A stretch of 64,000 nucleotides of DNA, taken from assembly GCA_044344255.1 (NCBI GenBank), contig JBIJDH010000012.1:64001-128000 (forward strand). The letters run 5' to 3'. Within the stretch, counting starts at the first letter, position 1; every line of letters begins with the position of its first letter. A program made the translations under genes and the position numbers. The DNA comes from Myxococcota bacterium. GTDB taxonomy: Bacteria > Myxococcota_A > UBA796 > UBA2385. Under the pieces are notes generated by a model. It saw nothing but the letters and a program-made list of their open reading frames with translations, did no database searches and was not told the origin of the DNA. This document shows positions 49,378 to 59,437 of this stretch, piece by piece.

Positions 49378-49589
49378 CGGCCGGCGATTCGAGCCTTCAA
49401 CCGCGCCACGACGACCTCGTGCGGGTGCCCCTGGCCCTGATCTACCGCGTCGAGCGCACGACTCAGCCGCGCGTCCTGCTCCGGGCTGAGCGGAGGTGCG
49501 TCATCCACGGGCTGAAGCACATACCGCCCGGGCGGCAGGTGGCGGAGGGTCTCGGGGAGGTCGGCGCCGTTCCAGTGGAGGATGTCCAT
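49374..49589 (-). CDS. Putative antitoxin (71 aa)
   Basis: Upstream of the toxin with ATGA overlap; ParD-like C-terminus LSRALDAVDQGQGHPHEVVVARL. Confidence 0.7.
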   Translation of the reverse strand: MDILHWNGADLPETLRHLPPGRYVLQPVDDAPPLSPEQDARLSRALDAVDQGQGHPHEVVVARLKARIAGR

Positions 49590-49611
49590 ACCCAAGCTTA
49601 CCGCCCGCGCG

Positions 49612-50457
49612 TCAGGGTGTCGCCCTTGGCAGCCTATCCCATTCACCCCCCTCGAAGTCCACGAGCGCGGCGGCCAGGGCGCGGGCGAAGGCGTGGGTGG
49701 TGGCCGCCTCCTGCCAGCGCTGCACCTCGTCCGTGTCGTGCGCCTCATGGGTCTCGATGATGATCGAGGGCACCGGAGGCCGCCGGAGCAGGCGGATGCG
49801 CTGGGGGAGGGCGTGCCGGTCGACGAACATGCCGGGCGTCTCGGCGTCGGCCTCGTACAGGCCTGGATAATCGAGGCCGGGGTAGGGCAGGAAGCCCGCC
49901 TCGGTGAGGCGGCGGGCCACGGCGCGGGCGAGGCGGGAGCGGGGCTCCACCCGCGCGGCCTCCCCCTCGTCGGACCAGAGGACCGCGAAGCCGGCGGCGC
50001 CCTCAGTGCGCCAGGTGCCGGCGGCGGCGTCGATCCAGGTCTGTCCGCTCCCGGCGCGGGCGTCGGAGTGGAGGGACACGAGCAGGTCGGCATGAGCGGA
50101 GCGGCTCAGGCGCGCGTCGTAGGAGACGAGGGCGGCGTCGGGGCGGGTGCGCTCGACCTGGAGCCCCTCGAGCGCCCACTCCGCCACCACCGCGTCGGCG
50201 ACCCGGCGCATCACGTCCTGCTCGGACTCGCCCTTGGCGTTCGTGTTACCGGAGTTTCCCTCGGCCCCGTGGCCGGCGTCGAGGAGGACGCGGCTCCGCG
50301 GCCGCGCGGGGTCGAGCGCGCGCAGGGCGCCGGCGGCGGGCCAGGCCGGAGGAGCGGTGGGGGCCGGCGGCGCCTCGACGACCTCGGCGACCTCGGCCAC
50401 GGCGGAGCGGCGGGCCAGGGCGGCGTCGTTCTCACAGGACAGCAGAGACCACCACAT
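49612..50457 (-). CDS. N-acetylmuramoyl-L-alanine amidase (Amidase_3)
   Basis: VLLDAGHG..E; VSLHSDA; PSIIIET; start reassigned to MWWSLL. Confidence 0.88.
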   Translation of the reverse strand: MWWSLLSCENDAALARRSAVAEVAEVVEAPPAPTAPPAWPAAGALRALDPARPRSRVLLDAGHGAEGNSGNTNAKGESEQDVMRRVADAVVAEWALEGLQVERTRPDAALVSYDARLSRSAHADLLVSLHSDARAGSGQTWIDAAAGTWRTEGAAGFAVLWSDEGEAARVEPRSRLARAVARRLTEAGFLPYPGLDYPGLYEADAETPGMFVDRHALPQRIRLLRRPPVPSIIIETHEAHDTDEVQRWQEAATTHAFARALAAALVDFEGGEWDRLPRATP

Positions 50458-50593
50458 CCGCACCTCGACCGCGACGCGGGGGACGGTGGGGCGGGAGGGC
50501 GCTTCGCCGCGGCGTGGGCCATGACACCGGCTAACTGCCCAGGCCGGCGGGGAGCGCCTCGGCGGAGCCCCGCACCCGAGATAGCTCCGCCCC

Positions 50594-50935
50594 ATGCACG
50601 AGCTCGGCATCGCGACGGACCTCCTGCTGATGGTCGAAGAGCAAGCGGCGAGCTCGGCGATGGCCAAGGTCGCGCGGGTCTGCGTCGAGCTCGGCGTCCT
50701 GGCGCCGATCGACCTCGAGGCCCTCGACCTCGCCTTCGAGGTGGCCCGCGCAGGCGGGGCCGCCGGTGGAGCCGAGCTCGTGGTCACCCGGGTCCTGGCC
50801 GAGGCCACCTGCCGAGACTGCGGCAACATCGGCGCGGTCGAAGACGCCCTCGCCCTCTGCCCGGCCTGCGGCGGCCCCCGCCTCACCCTCCGAGGTGGTA
50901 GGGGTCTCCAGCTGATCGCCATCGAGGGCACCTGA
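50594..50935 (+). CDS. hypA: Hydrogenase maturation nickel metallochaperone
   Basis: MHE N-terminus; CRDC...CPAC. Confidence 0.96.
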   Translation: MHELGIATDLLLMVEEQAASSAMAKVARVCVELGVLAPIDLEALDLAFEVARAGGAAGGAELVVTRVLAEATCRDCGNIGAVEDALALCPACGGPRLTLRGGRGLQLIAIEGT

Positions 50936-51754
50936 ATGTGTACGACCTGCGGCTGCGGAGGCGGGGAGGCGGTCGTCGAGGGCGCCCGGGCGGCACCCCG
51001 GCACGACCACGGGCACGACCACGACCACGCGTCGGGGCACGACCACGACCATGGGTCGGGGCACGACCACGACCATGGGTCGGGTCACGACCACAGCCAC
51101 GAGCACACCCACGCCGCTCGGCTCGTGCGGGTCGAGCGGGACCTGCTGGCGCACAACGCGAGCGTCGCTTCGGCGAACCGCGCGGCCTTCCAGCACGACC
51201 GCACGCTCGCCCTCAACCTGATGTCGAGCCCCGGCGCCGGGAAGACGACGCTGCTCGTGGCGACGCTCGGCCGGCTCCGGGACACCTCCGTGGGGGTCAT
51301 CGAGGGAGACCAGGCCACCTCGCTCGACGCCGACCGCATCCGCGCCGCGGGCGCGCCGGCCGTCCAGGTGAACACCGGCGCCGGCTGCCACCTCGACGCC
51401 GGGATGATCGCCCGCGCCCGCGGTCGCCTCCCCGCGCTCACCGACGGGGTGCTCTTCATCGAGAACGTGGGCAACCTCGTCTGTCCCGCGGCCTTTGACC
51501 TCGGCGAGGCGCGCCGCGTCGTCATCGTGTCGGTCACCGAGGGGGAGGACAAGCCGCTCAAGTACCCGGCCATGTTCGCCTCGGCAGACCTCGTGCTCAT
51601 CACGAAGGTCGACCTCCTGCCCCACCTCGACCTCGACCTGCCGCTGCTGGTCCGGAACCTCGACCGGGTCTCCCCTGGCCTGCGGCACCTCCTCGTCTCG
51701 GCCCGCACGGGTGAGGGGCTCGACGCCTGGTGCGCGTGGATCCGCGACCGCTGA
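50936..51754 (+). CDS. hypB: Hydrogenase nickel-insertion GTPase
   Basis: MCTTCGC; His-rich tract; [33 protein letters not shown]. Confidence 0.98.
   Translation: MCTTCGCGGGEAVVEGARAAPRHDHGHDHDHASGHDHDHGSGHDHDHGSGHDHSHEHTHAARLVRVERDLLAHNASVASANRAAFQHDRTLALNLMSSPGAGKTTLLVATLGRLRDTSVGVIEGDQATSLDADRIRAAGAPAVQVNTGAGCHLDAGMIARARGRLPALTDGVLFIENVGNLVCPAAFDLGEARRVVIVSVTEGEDKPLKYPAMFASADLVLITKVDLLPHLDLDLPLLVRNLDRVSPGLRHLLVSARTGEGLDAWCAWIRDR
51001..51111. repeat. 24-bp / 6-bp tandem repeats encoding the HypB His-Asp tract
   Basis: GGGCACGACCACGACCA(T/C)G(G/C)GTC-type units about 3-4 times. Confidence 0.8.
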
Positions 51755-53916
51755 GGCGCGCGCGGGCGCAGGTGAGCGGCCTCGTCCAGGGGGTCGGCTT
51801 TCGGCCGATGGTGGCGTCCCTCGCCGCGCGGCTCGGGCTCGCCGGCTGGGTGCGCAATGACGACGACGGCCTCGTGGTGGAGGTCGAAGGAGTGTCGCTC
51901 GAGCCCTTCTTCGCGGAGCTCCGCCGGGGCCCGCCGGGGGCCCGCATCGACGCCTTCGCGGTCGAGGCCCGTCCTGTGGAGGGCTCGACCGGCTTCTCCA
52001 TCGCCCCGAGCCGCAAGGGCGGCGCCGCGTCGCCGAGCCTCGGCGCCGACGTCGCCCCCTGCGCCGACTGCCTCGCCGAGCTCTTCGATCCGGGCGGCCG
52101 CCGCTACCGGTACGCCCTCCTGAGCTGCGCCCGCTGCGGCCCGCGCGACAGCGTCGCCCTCGGCCTCCCCTGGGACCGCGGCCGCACCACCCTCGCCGCC
52201 TTCCCCCTCTGCGCGGCCTGCGCGGCCGAGCACGACGACCCCTTCGACCGGCGCTTCCACGCTCAGTCGATGGCCTGCCCGGCCTGCGGCCCCGCCGTCC
52301 TCGCCCCTCTCGACGAGGCCGTGGCCGCGCTCGACCGCGGCGTCGTCGTCGCGCTGAAGGCGGTCGGCGGCTACCAGCTCCTCTGTCGCGCCGACGACCC
52401 CGCCGCGGTCGCCCGGCTGCGCGAGCGGAAGGGCCGCGGGGACAAGCCCTTCGCGGTGATGGTGCGAAATGTCGAGAGCGCAGCGGAGCTGGTCTTCCTC
52501 GACGAGCTGGGGCGCGCGGCGCTGACCTCGGCCCGGCGCCCCATCCTGCTCGCTCGGGCCCGCCAGGCGCTGCCGGGGGTCGCCCCGGGGCTCGACCAGC
52601 TCGGCGTGACGCTCCCCTCGAGCCCGCTTCACTATCTGCTGCTCCATGCCCTCGCGGGCCAGCCGACGGGGACACGGTGGCTCGAAGAGCCCGACCCCAC
52701 CGCGCTCGTGGTCACCTCCGCCAACCGCGCTGGCGAGCCGCTGTGGGGGGACGCCGAGCGGGGGCGCCTGCCCGGGATGGCCGAGGTCGTGCTCACCCAC
52801 GACCGCCCCATCGCGCAGCGGAGCGACGACAGCGTCGTGCACATCGTCGAAGGCGCGGCGCGGCTGTTGCGACGGGCGCGCGGGTGGACGCCCGAGGCTA
52901 TCCCGATGGACGGAGACGGCGTCCTCGCGCTCGGCGCCGATCAGAAGTGCACCGTGAGCCTGCTCCACCGCGGCCAGCTCTGCACCTCCCCGCACCTCGG
53001 CGACCTCGACCACCCCGACACGCTCGACCTCCTCCGCGCGGCCGTCGATCGCCTCTGCGACACCCTCGGCGCGCGGCCGCGGCTGGTCGTCCACGATCTG
53101 CACCCCGACTTCGCCTCCACCCGACACGCCCAGGCCCTCGGGCTGCCGACCCAGGCCGTGCAGCACCACCACGCCCACGTGATGGCCGTGCTGGCCGAGC
53201 ACCGTCACCGGGGCCCCGCGCTCGGGATCGTGCTCGACGGCTACGGCTACGGCGCCGACGGCGGCGCCTGGGGCGGCGAGCTGCTCGAGGTGGACGGGCC
53301 CCGCTGCGCGCGGGTCGGCCACCTCGCCGAGCTCCCCCTGCCCGGCGGGGACGCCGCGGCGCGGGAGCCCTGGCGGATGGCGGTCGCGGCGCTCTATCAG
53401 CTCGGCCGAAAGGAGGAGGCCCTCCGCCGCTGGGGCGAGCCTGCGGCCCGCGTCTGGGCGCTGTGCGAGCGCGGGCTCGCGCCGCCGACCAGCTCCGGTG
53501 GCCGGGCCTTCGACGCCGCGGCGGCCCTCGCCGGCCTCGGCGACCGCGCCCGCTTCGAGGGGGAGCTGGCGATGCGCCTCCAGGCCCGGGTGCGCCGCCC
53601 GCGGGTGATGGACCTCCCCGTCGCGCCCGTGCTCGACCTCTCGCCCCTCTACGCCGCCCTCGCCGACAGCCAGGACCCGGGCGACGCCGCCGACCTCTTC
53701 CATGGCACGCTGGCCCGTGCGCTCGTCGGCTGGGCGCGCTACTCGGAGGCGCCGGTGGTCGTGCTCGGTGGCGGGTGTTTCGCCAACCCGGTGCTCACCG
53801 CCCTGGTCGCCGAAGGCCTGCGGAGGGAGGGGAGAGAGCCGCTGCTCGCACGGCGCTTCCCCCCCAACGACGGCGCCATCTCGGTCGGTCAGGCCGCCAT
53901 CGCCGCCTGGACCTGA
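51730..53916 (+). CDS. hypF: Carbamoyltransferase HypF
   Basis: [10 protein letters not shown] acylphosphatase; CxxC zinc fingers; [30 protein letters not shown]; exact start uncertain (51730-51751). Confidence 0.97.
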   Translation: MRVDPRPLRRARAQVSGLVQGVGFRPMVASLAARLGLAGWVRNDDDGLVVEVEGVSLEPFFAELRRGPPGARIDAFAVEARPVEGSTGFSIAPSRKGGAASPSLGADVAPCADCLAELFDPGGRRYRYALLSCARCGPRDSVALGLPWDRGRTTLAAFPLCAACAAEHDDPFDRRFHAQSMACPACGPAVLAPLDEAVAALDRGVVVALKAVGGYQLLCRADDPAAVARLRERKGRGDKPFAVMVRNVESAAELVFLDELGRAALTSARRPILLARARQALPGVAPGLDQLGVTLPSSPLHYLLLHALAGQPTGTRWLEEPDPTALVVTSANRAGEPLWGDAERGRLPGMAEVVLTHDRPIAQRSDDSVVHIVEGAARLLRRARGWTPEAIPMDGDGVLALGADQKCTVSLLHRGQLCTSPHLGDLDHPDTLDLLRAAVDRLCDTLGARPRLVVHDLHPDFASTRHAQALGLPTQAVQHHHAHVMAVLAEHRHRGPALGIVLDGYGYGADGGAWGGELLEVDGPRCARVGHLAELPLPGGDAAAREPWRMAVAALYQLGRKEEALRRWGEPAARVWALCERGLAPPTSSGGRAFDAAAALAGLGDRARFEGELAMRLQARVRRPRVMDLPVAPVLDLSPLYAALADSQDPGDAADLFHGTLARALVGWARYSEAPVVVLGGGCFANPVLTALVAEGLRREGREPLLARRFPPNDGAISVGQAAIAAWT

Positions 53917-53933
53917 CCCTGTGGAGGTGAAGC

Positions 53934-54158
53934 ATGTGCCTCGCGCTCCCCGCCCGCGTCGTCGAGGTCCACCCCGGTCAGGTCGCCACGGTCGATCTCG
54001 ACGGCGTCCGCCGCAAGGTCTCGACCGCCCTGCTCGAGGAGATCGCGGTCGGCGACTACGTGATCCTCCACGTCGGCTTCGCGCTCTCCCGGCTCGATCA
54101 GGCCGAGGCCGAGGCCACCCTCAACCTCTTCGCCTCGCTCGCCGAGGGTGAGCCATGA
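53934..54158 (+). CDS. hypC: Hydrogenase assembly chaperone
   Basis: MCLALP; GDYVILHVGFA; SD GGAGG. Confidence 0.98.
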   Translation: MCLALPARVVEVHPGQVATVDLDGVRRKVSTALLEEIAVGDYVILHVGFALSRLDQAEAEATLNLFASLAEGEP

Positions 54159-54168
54159 GGTTCGAACA

Positions 54169-55263
54169 GTGAGGTTCGTCGACCCCTTCCGCGACCCCCG
54201 CGGGGCCCAGGCCCTCGCCGCCGAGGTGCGCCGCAGGGCCGACCCCGGGCGCAAATACCGCCTGATGGAGTTCTGCGGGGGGCACACCCACACGCTCTGC
54301 CGTTACAGCATCCCCGGCCTGCTGCCCGAAAACATCGAGCTCATCCACGGGCCGGGCTGCCCCGTCTGCGTGCTCCCGATCAGCCGCATCGACCAGGCCC
54401 TGTCGCTCGTGGAGCGGCCCGAGGTCACGCTCTGCACCTACGGCGACATGATGCGCGTCCCCGGCCGCCAGGGGCGCTCGTTGCAGGGCGCGCGCGCGGC
54501 GGGGGCCGACGTGCGGATGGTCTACAGCCCGAGCGACGCCCTGGCGCTGGCGGCTGCGCGCCCAGACCGGCAGGTGGTGTTCTTCGCGGTCGGCTTCGAG
54601 ACCACGACGCCGCCCACCGCCGTGGTCCTCCAAGCGGCCCGGGCCGCCGGCCTGCCCAACTTCAGCGTGCTCTGCAACCACGTGCTCACCCCGCCGGCCA
54701 TCCACGCGGTCCTGTCGGCGGGCGCGGCGCTCGACGGGATCATCGGGCCCGGACACGTCGCCACCATCGTCGGCACGGCGCCCTTCACCCCCTTCGCGCG
54801 CGACCACCGCCTGCCGATCGCGATCGCCGGCTTCGAGCCGCTCGACCTCCTCCAGGCCATCGCCCTGCTGATCGCCCAGGTCAACGAGGGGCGGGCCGAG
54901 GTCGAGAACCAGTACACCCGCTCGGTGCGCCCCGCGGGCAACCCGGTCGCCCAGGCCGCCATCGCCGCGGTGATGCAGGTCCGCCCGCGCTTCGCCCTGC
55001 GCGGCCTCGGCCTCCTCGCGGGCGGGGGCCTCGAGCTCCGACCGGAGTGGGCCGAGTGGGACGCCGAGCGCCGCTTTGACCTCGATGAGGTGCTGGTGGC
55101 CGACCACCCCGCCTGCATCTGCGGCGAGATCCTGCGCGGCGCGAAGCGGCCCTCCGACTGCCGCGTCTTCGGCGGCGCCTGCACCCCCGACAGCCCGCTC
55201 GGCGCCTGCATGGTGTCCTCCGAGGGCGCCTGCGCGGCCTGGTACCAGTACGGTGCCCAATGA
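54169..55263 (+). CDS. hypD: Hydrogenase formation protein HypD
   Basis: MEFCGGHTH; HGPGCPVC; GFETT; PGHV; GACMVSSEGAC; likely GTG start at 54169. Confidence 0.98.
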   Translation: MRFVDPFRDPRGAQALAAEVRRRADPGRKYRLMEFCGGHTHTLCRYSIPGLLPENIELIHGPGCPVCVLPISRIDQALSLVERPEVTLCTYGDMMRVPGRQGRSLQGARAAGADVRMVYSPSDALALAAARPDRQVVFFAVGFETTTPPTAVVLQAARAAGLPNFSVLCNHVLTPPAIHAVLSAGAALDGIIGPGHVATIVGTAPFTPFARDHRLPIAIAGFEPLDLLQAIALLIAQVNEGRAEVENQYTRSVRPAGNPVAQAAIAAVMQVRPRFALRGLGLLAGGGLELRPEWAEWDAERRFDLDEVLVADHPACICGEILRGAKRPSDCRVFGGACTPDSPLGACMVSSEGACAAWYQYGAQ

Positions 55264-56282
55264 GGCGGCTGGACCTCGAGCACGGGCGGGTGGAGCTCCA
55301 GCACGGCGCCGGCGGGCGGGCCACGGCCGAGCTCATCGCCGAGCTCTTCCGCGCCGCCTACGGCAACCCCACCCTCGACGCGGGCGACGACGCGGCGATC
55401 TTCGACCTCCCGCCCGGCCGCGTCGTGATGAGCACGGACGCCTACGTCGTGAGCCCGCTCGAGTTCCCCGGGGGAGACATCGGCCGGCTCGCGGTGCACG
55501 GGACCGTCAATGACGTGGCGATGCTCGGCGCGCGGCCGATCTGGCTGAGCGTGGCCATGATCCTCGAGGAGGGGCTCCCGCTCGCGCTCCTGTCCCGGGT
55601 GGTCGCCTCGATCGCCCGGGCCGCGCAGGAGGCCGGCGTCCAGATCGCCACCGGTGACACCAAGGTCGTCGAGCGCGGGAAGGGGGACGGGATCTTCCTC
55701 ACCACCACCGGCGTCGGGGTGGTGCCGCCCGGGCGTGACGCCTGCTCCGGCGCCCACGCGCGGCCCGGCGACCTCATCCTGCTCAGCGGCACGGTGGGCG
55801 ACCACGGCGCGGCCATCCTGTCCTGCCGCGAGGGCCTCGCCTTTGATGGGCCCATCCGCTCCGACAGCCGGCCGCTCAACGGGCTGGTCGAGGCGATGTT
55901 CGCGGCCGGGCCCCTGCACACGCTGCGCGACCCCACCCGCGGCGGGCTGGCGACCGCGCTCAATGAGCTCGCCCACCAGTCGGGCGTGGGCTTGCGCCTC
56001 CGCGAGGCCGACGTGCCCGTCGATCCCGCCGTCCGCGCCCTCGCCGAGCTGCTCGGCCTTGACCCGCTCTACTTCGCCAACGAGGGCAAGCTCGTCGCCA
56101 CCTGCGCCCCCGCCGACGCCCCGGCGCTGCTCGCCGCGATGCGCGCCCACCCGCACGGCCAGGACGCCGCCCTGATCGGCGTCGTCGGCGGCCAACCGGG
56201 CCGCGTCGTGCTCGAGACCCGCTTCGGCGGCGAGCGCCTGCTCCGCTGGCTCGCCGGCGACCCCCTCCCTCGGATCTGTTGA
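55260..56282 (+). CDS. hypE: Hydrogenase carbamoyl dehydratase HypE
   Basis: HGAGG; GTVNDVAM; GDTKVV; RDPTRGG; ANEGK; C-terminal PRIC. Confidence 0.98.
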   Translation: MRRLDLEHGRVELQHGAGGRATAELIAELFRAAYGNPTLDAGDDAAIFDLPPGRVVMSTDAYVVSPLEFPGGDIGRLAVHGTVNDVAMLGARPIWLSVAMILEEGLPLALLSRVVASIARAAQEAGVQIATGDTKVVERGKGDGIFLTTTGVGVVPPGRDACSGAHARPGDLILLSGTVGDHGAAILSCREGLAFDGPIRSDSRPLNGLVEAMFAAGPLHTLRDPTRGGLATALNELAHQSGVGLRLREADVPVDPAVRALAELLGLDPLYFANEGKLVATCAPADAPALLAAMRAHPHGQDAALIGVVGGQPGRVVLETRFGGERLLRWLAGDPLPRIC

Positions 56283-56292
56283 AGGAGCCCCG

Positions 56293-58113
56293 ATGTCCAG
56301 CGGGACGAGCGCCATCCTGGCCAGACACCACCACGATCCGACCCGCCTCGTGCAGATCCTGCGCGACGTGACGGCGGCGGAGGGCTTCATCTCGCCCCCC
56401 ACCCTCACCGCCCTCGCCCAGGGCCTGGGCCTGCCGCGCGCCCGCGTCGAGGGGGTGGCCGGCTTCTACAGCTTCTTCGACACCGCGCCGATGGGCCGCT
56501 ACCGGCTGCGCTTCAGCGACAACATCACCGACCGCATGGCCGGGGGCGTGGCGCTGCGGGAGCGCCTGCTCGCCTCCTTCCAGCTCTCGCTCGGGGAGGT
56601 CTCGCGCGACGGCCTGCTCAGCGTGCGGACCACCTCCTGCACCGGCCTCTGCGACCAGGGGCCAGCCCTGCTCGTCAACGACCGCGCGATCGGGCGGCTC
56701 ACCCCCGCGCGCATCGGCGCGATCTCCGCCCTCATCCGCGCCAGCGTGCCGCTCGAGGCCTGGCCCGAGAACCTCTTCACCATCCACGCGCCGATCGAGC
56801 GCCGCGACCGGCTCCTCTCCACCCCGATGGTGCCCGGCGAGGCCCTCGCCGCCGCCCTCCAGCGAGGCCCCAAGGGGATGATCGACGCGCTCAAGTCGAG
56901 CGGCCTGCGCGGCCGCGGCGGCGCCGGCTTCAGCGCGGGCGCCAAGTGGGAGGCCTGCGCGGCCGCGCCGGGCCCGCGGCGCACCATCGTCTGCAACGCC
57001 GATGAGGGCGAGCCCGGCACCTTCAAAGACCGCGTGCTGCTGAGCGAGCGCTGCGACGAGGTCCTCGAGGGCATGACGGTGGCCGCCGCGACGGTCGGCG
57101 CAGACCAGGGCTTCCTCTACCTCCGCGGCGAGTACCCCTTCCTCATCGCGCCGATCGAGGCGGCGCTGGCCCGGCGCCGCGCCGCCGGCCTGCTCGGCCG
57201 CGACATCCTCGGCCACCGCGGCCCCGGCGGCCAGGGCTTTCACTTCGACATCGAGCTGCACGTGGGCGCTGGCGCTTACATCTGCGGGGAGGAGTCGGCC
57301 CTGCTCGAGTCCCTCGAGGGCAAGCGCGGCATCCCCCGCAACCGGCCGCCCTACCCCGTCACCCACGGCTACCTCCAGCGGCCCACCGTCGTGAACAACG
57401 TCGAGACCTTGCTCGCCGCCGCCTTCGTCGCCCTGTACGGCCCCGACTGGCTGCGGAGCGTGGGCACCCCCCTCTCGGCGGGCACGAAGCTGCTCTCGGT
57501 CTCCGGCGACGTCGCCCGGCCGGGGATCTACGAGCACCCCTTCGGCGTGAGCGTACAGCAGGTCTTGGACGAGGCGGGCGCGGTCGACCCGATGGCGGTC
57601 CAGGTGGGCGGGCCCTCCGGCACCCTGCTCGCCCCCCAGGACTTCTCCCGCCGCATCGCGATGGAGGACGTGAGCTGCGCAGGCGCCTTCATGGTCTTTG
57701 ACCGCACCCGCGACATCATCGAGGTGGTCGACAACTTCGCCCACTTCTTCGCCCACGAGGCCTGCGGCTTCTGCACGCCCTGTCGGGTGGGCACGACCCT
57801 GTCGGCCGACATCCTGCGGCGGGTCAAGCTGGGCCAGGGCACGCGGCGCGACCTGAAGGACCTCACCCACCTCGCCCGCCTGATGCGCACCGCGAGCCAC
57901 TGCGGCCTCGGCCACACCGCCGGCAACCCGACGCTGGACGCCCTCGCCCGCTTCCGGCCCGCCTTTGATCGCCGGCTCCTGTCCACCGAGGTCGAGCCGG
58001 TCTTTGACCTCGACGCGGCCCTCGGGCCAGCGCGCGAGGCCACCGGGCGCGACGACGCCGGCGCCCACTTCCCCGCGACCCACATTCCCCCCACCCCGGC
58101 GGAGCGAACATGA
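56293..58113 (+). CDS. hoxF: NAD-reducing hydrogenase diaphorase large subunit (NuoE-like plus NuoF-like)
   Basis: GRGGAGF; NADEGEPG; YICGEESALLESLEG; CGFCTPC..C. Confidence 0.95.
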   Translation: MSSGTSAILARHHHDPTRLVQILRDVTAAEGFISPPTLTALAQGLGLPRARVEGVAGFYSFFDTAPMGRYRLRFSDNITDRMAGGVALRERLLASFQLSLGEVSRDGLLSVRTTSCTGLCDQGPALLVNDRAIGRLTPARIGAISALIRASVPLEAWPENLFTIHAPIERRDRLLSTPMVPGEALAAALQRGPKGMIDALKSSGLRGRGGAGFSAGAKWEACAAAPGPRRTIVCNADEGEPGTFKDRVLLSERCDEVLEGMTVAAATVGADQGFLYLRGEYPFLIAPIEAALARRRAAGLLGRDILGHRGPGGQGFHFDIELHVGAGAYICGEESALLESLEGKRGIPRNRPPYPVTHGYLQRPTVVNNVETLLAAAFVALYGPDWLRSVGTPLSAGTKLLSVSGDVARPGIYEHPFGVSVQQVLDEAGAVDPMAVQVGGPSGTLLAPQDFSRRIAMEDVSCAGAFMVFDRTRDIIEVVDNFAHFFAHEACGFCTPCRVGTTLSADILRRVKLGQGTRRDLKDLTHLARLMRTASHCGLGHTAGNPTLDALARFRPAFDRRLLSTEVEPVFDLDAALGPAREATGRDDAGAHFPATHIPPTPAERT

Positions 58114-58823
58114 GCGAGGTCTCCACCCCGGACACCTTCACGCTGGACGGCCACCCGCTGCCCCTCGCGCCCGGCCAGACCATCCTCGAGGCCGCGGAGG
58201 CCGCCCACATCTACATCCCCCACCTCTGCCACCACAAGGAGTTCCCCGGGCACGGGAGCTGCAAGGTGTGCACCGTGAACCGGAACGGGCGGGCGGTCGC
58301 GAGCTGCACCACCCCGGCGACCTCGGGTGACGTGGTCGACAGTGAGACCGACGAGCTGCGGGCCCTCCGACGGTCTATCGTGCAGCTCCTGTTCACCGAG
58401 GGCAACCACTTCTGCCCCTCCTGCGAGCAGAGCGGCAACTGTACGCTCCAGGCGGTCGCCTACCATCTCGAGATGACCACCGCCCACTACGCGCCGCTCT
58501 TCCCCAATCGCCCGGTGGACGCATCCCACCCCGACGTCCTGCTCGACTTCAACCGCTGCATCCTCTGCGAGCTCTGTGTGCGGGCGAGCGCCGAGATAGA
58601 CGGCAAGGACGTCTTCGCGCTCTCCGGCCGCGGGATCGGAAAGCACCTCATCGTCAACGCCGAGTCCGGCCGCCTCGCCGACACGGCCCTCTCTGTCGAG
58701 GACAAGGCCATGTCTGTCTGTCCGGTGGGCGTCATTCAGCGGAAGCGCCGCGGCTTCCAGGTCCCGATCGGCGAGCGGCGCTTTGACCGACAGACCATCG
58801 CCGACGAGACGGTGCGCCGATGA
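58110..58823 (+). CDS. hoxU: NAD-reducing hydrogenase diaphorase small subunit
   Basis: IPHLC..GSCKVC; HFCPSCEQSGNC; CILCELC; CPVG. Confidence 0.95.
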   Translation: MSEVSTPDTFTLDGHPLPLAPGQTILEAAEAAHIYIPHLCHHKEFPGHGSCKVCTVNRNGRAVASCTTPATSGDVVDSETDELRALRRSIVQLLFTEGNHFCPSCEQSGNCTLQAVAYHLEMTTAHYAPLFPNRPVDASHPDVLLDFNRCILCELCVRASAEIDGKDVFALSGRGIGKHLIVNAESGRLADTALSVEDKAMSVCPVGVIQRKRRGFQVPIGERRFDRQTIADETVRR

Positions 58824-59401
58824 GCGAGCCCTCGCCCGTCCGAAAGCCGAGGGTGGCCACCGTGTCGCTCGCAGGCTGCTTCGGCTGCCACATGTCGCTG
58901 CTCGACATCGACGAGCGCATCGTGGCGCTGCTCGAGGCGGTCGAGCTCGACCGTTCGCCGCTCAATGACATCAAGCACGTGACGGGCGGCCGAGCGGACG
59001 GGGAGCGCGGCCCCTGCGACATCGGCCTCGTCGAGGGGGGGCTCTGTAACGCCGAGAACGTCCACGTCCTCCGCGAGTTCCGAGAGCGCTGCACCGTGCT
59101 CATCGCGCTCGGTGCTTGCGCGGTCAACGGCGGGCTGCCGGCGCAGCGGAACCACCTCGACGTGCGCGACTGCCTCCAGACCGTGTACCTGAGCGGCGAG
59201 GGCGTGGTGCGGGGCTTCATCCCCAACGACCCCGAGCTGCCCCTGCCGCTGGACAAGGTCCACCCGCTCCACGACGTGGTCAAGATCGACTACTTCCTGC
59301 CCGGCTGCCCCCCCTCCGCCGACGCGATCTGGGGCCTGCTCACCGACCTGCTCGCCGGCCGCACGCCGCGCGCGCTGCCCGGCCACCTCCACTACGACTG
59401 A
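58820..59401 (+). CDS. hoxY: [NiFe]-hydrogenase small subunit (group 3d)
   Basis: GCFGCHMS; LGACA..GG; LPGCPP. Confidence 0.95.
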   Translation: MSEPSPVRKPRVATVSLAGCFGCHMSLLDIDERIVALLEAVELDRSPLNDIKHVTGGRADGERGPCDIGLVEGGLCNAENVHVLREFRERCTVLIALGACAVNGGLPAQRNHLDVRDCLQTVYLSGEGVVRGFIPNDPELPLPLDKVHPLHDVVKIDYFLPGCPPSADAIWGLLTDLLAGRTPRALPGHLHYD

Positions 59402-59437
59402 CCGTCCCGCGGGACGGACGACAGGACGGGGACAGAC

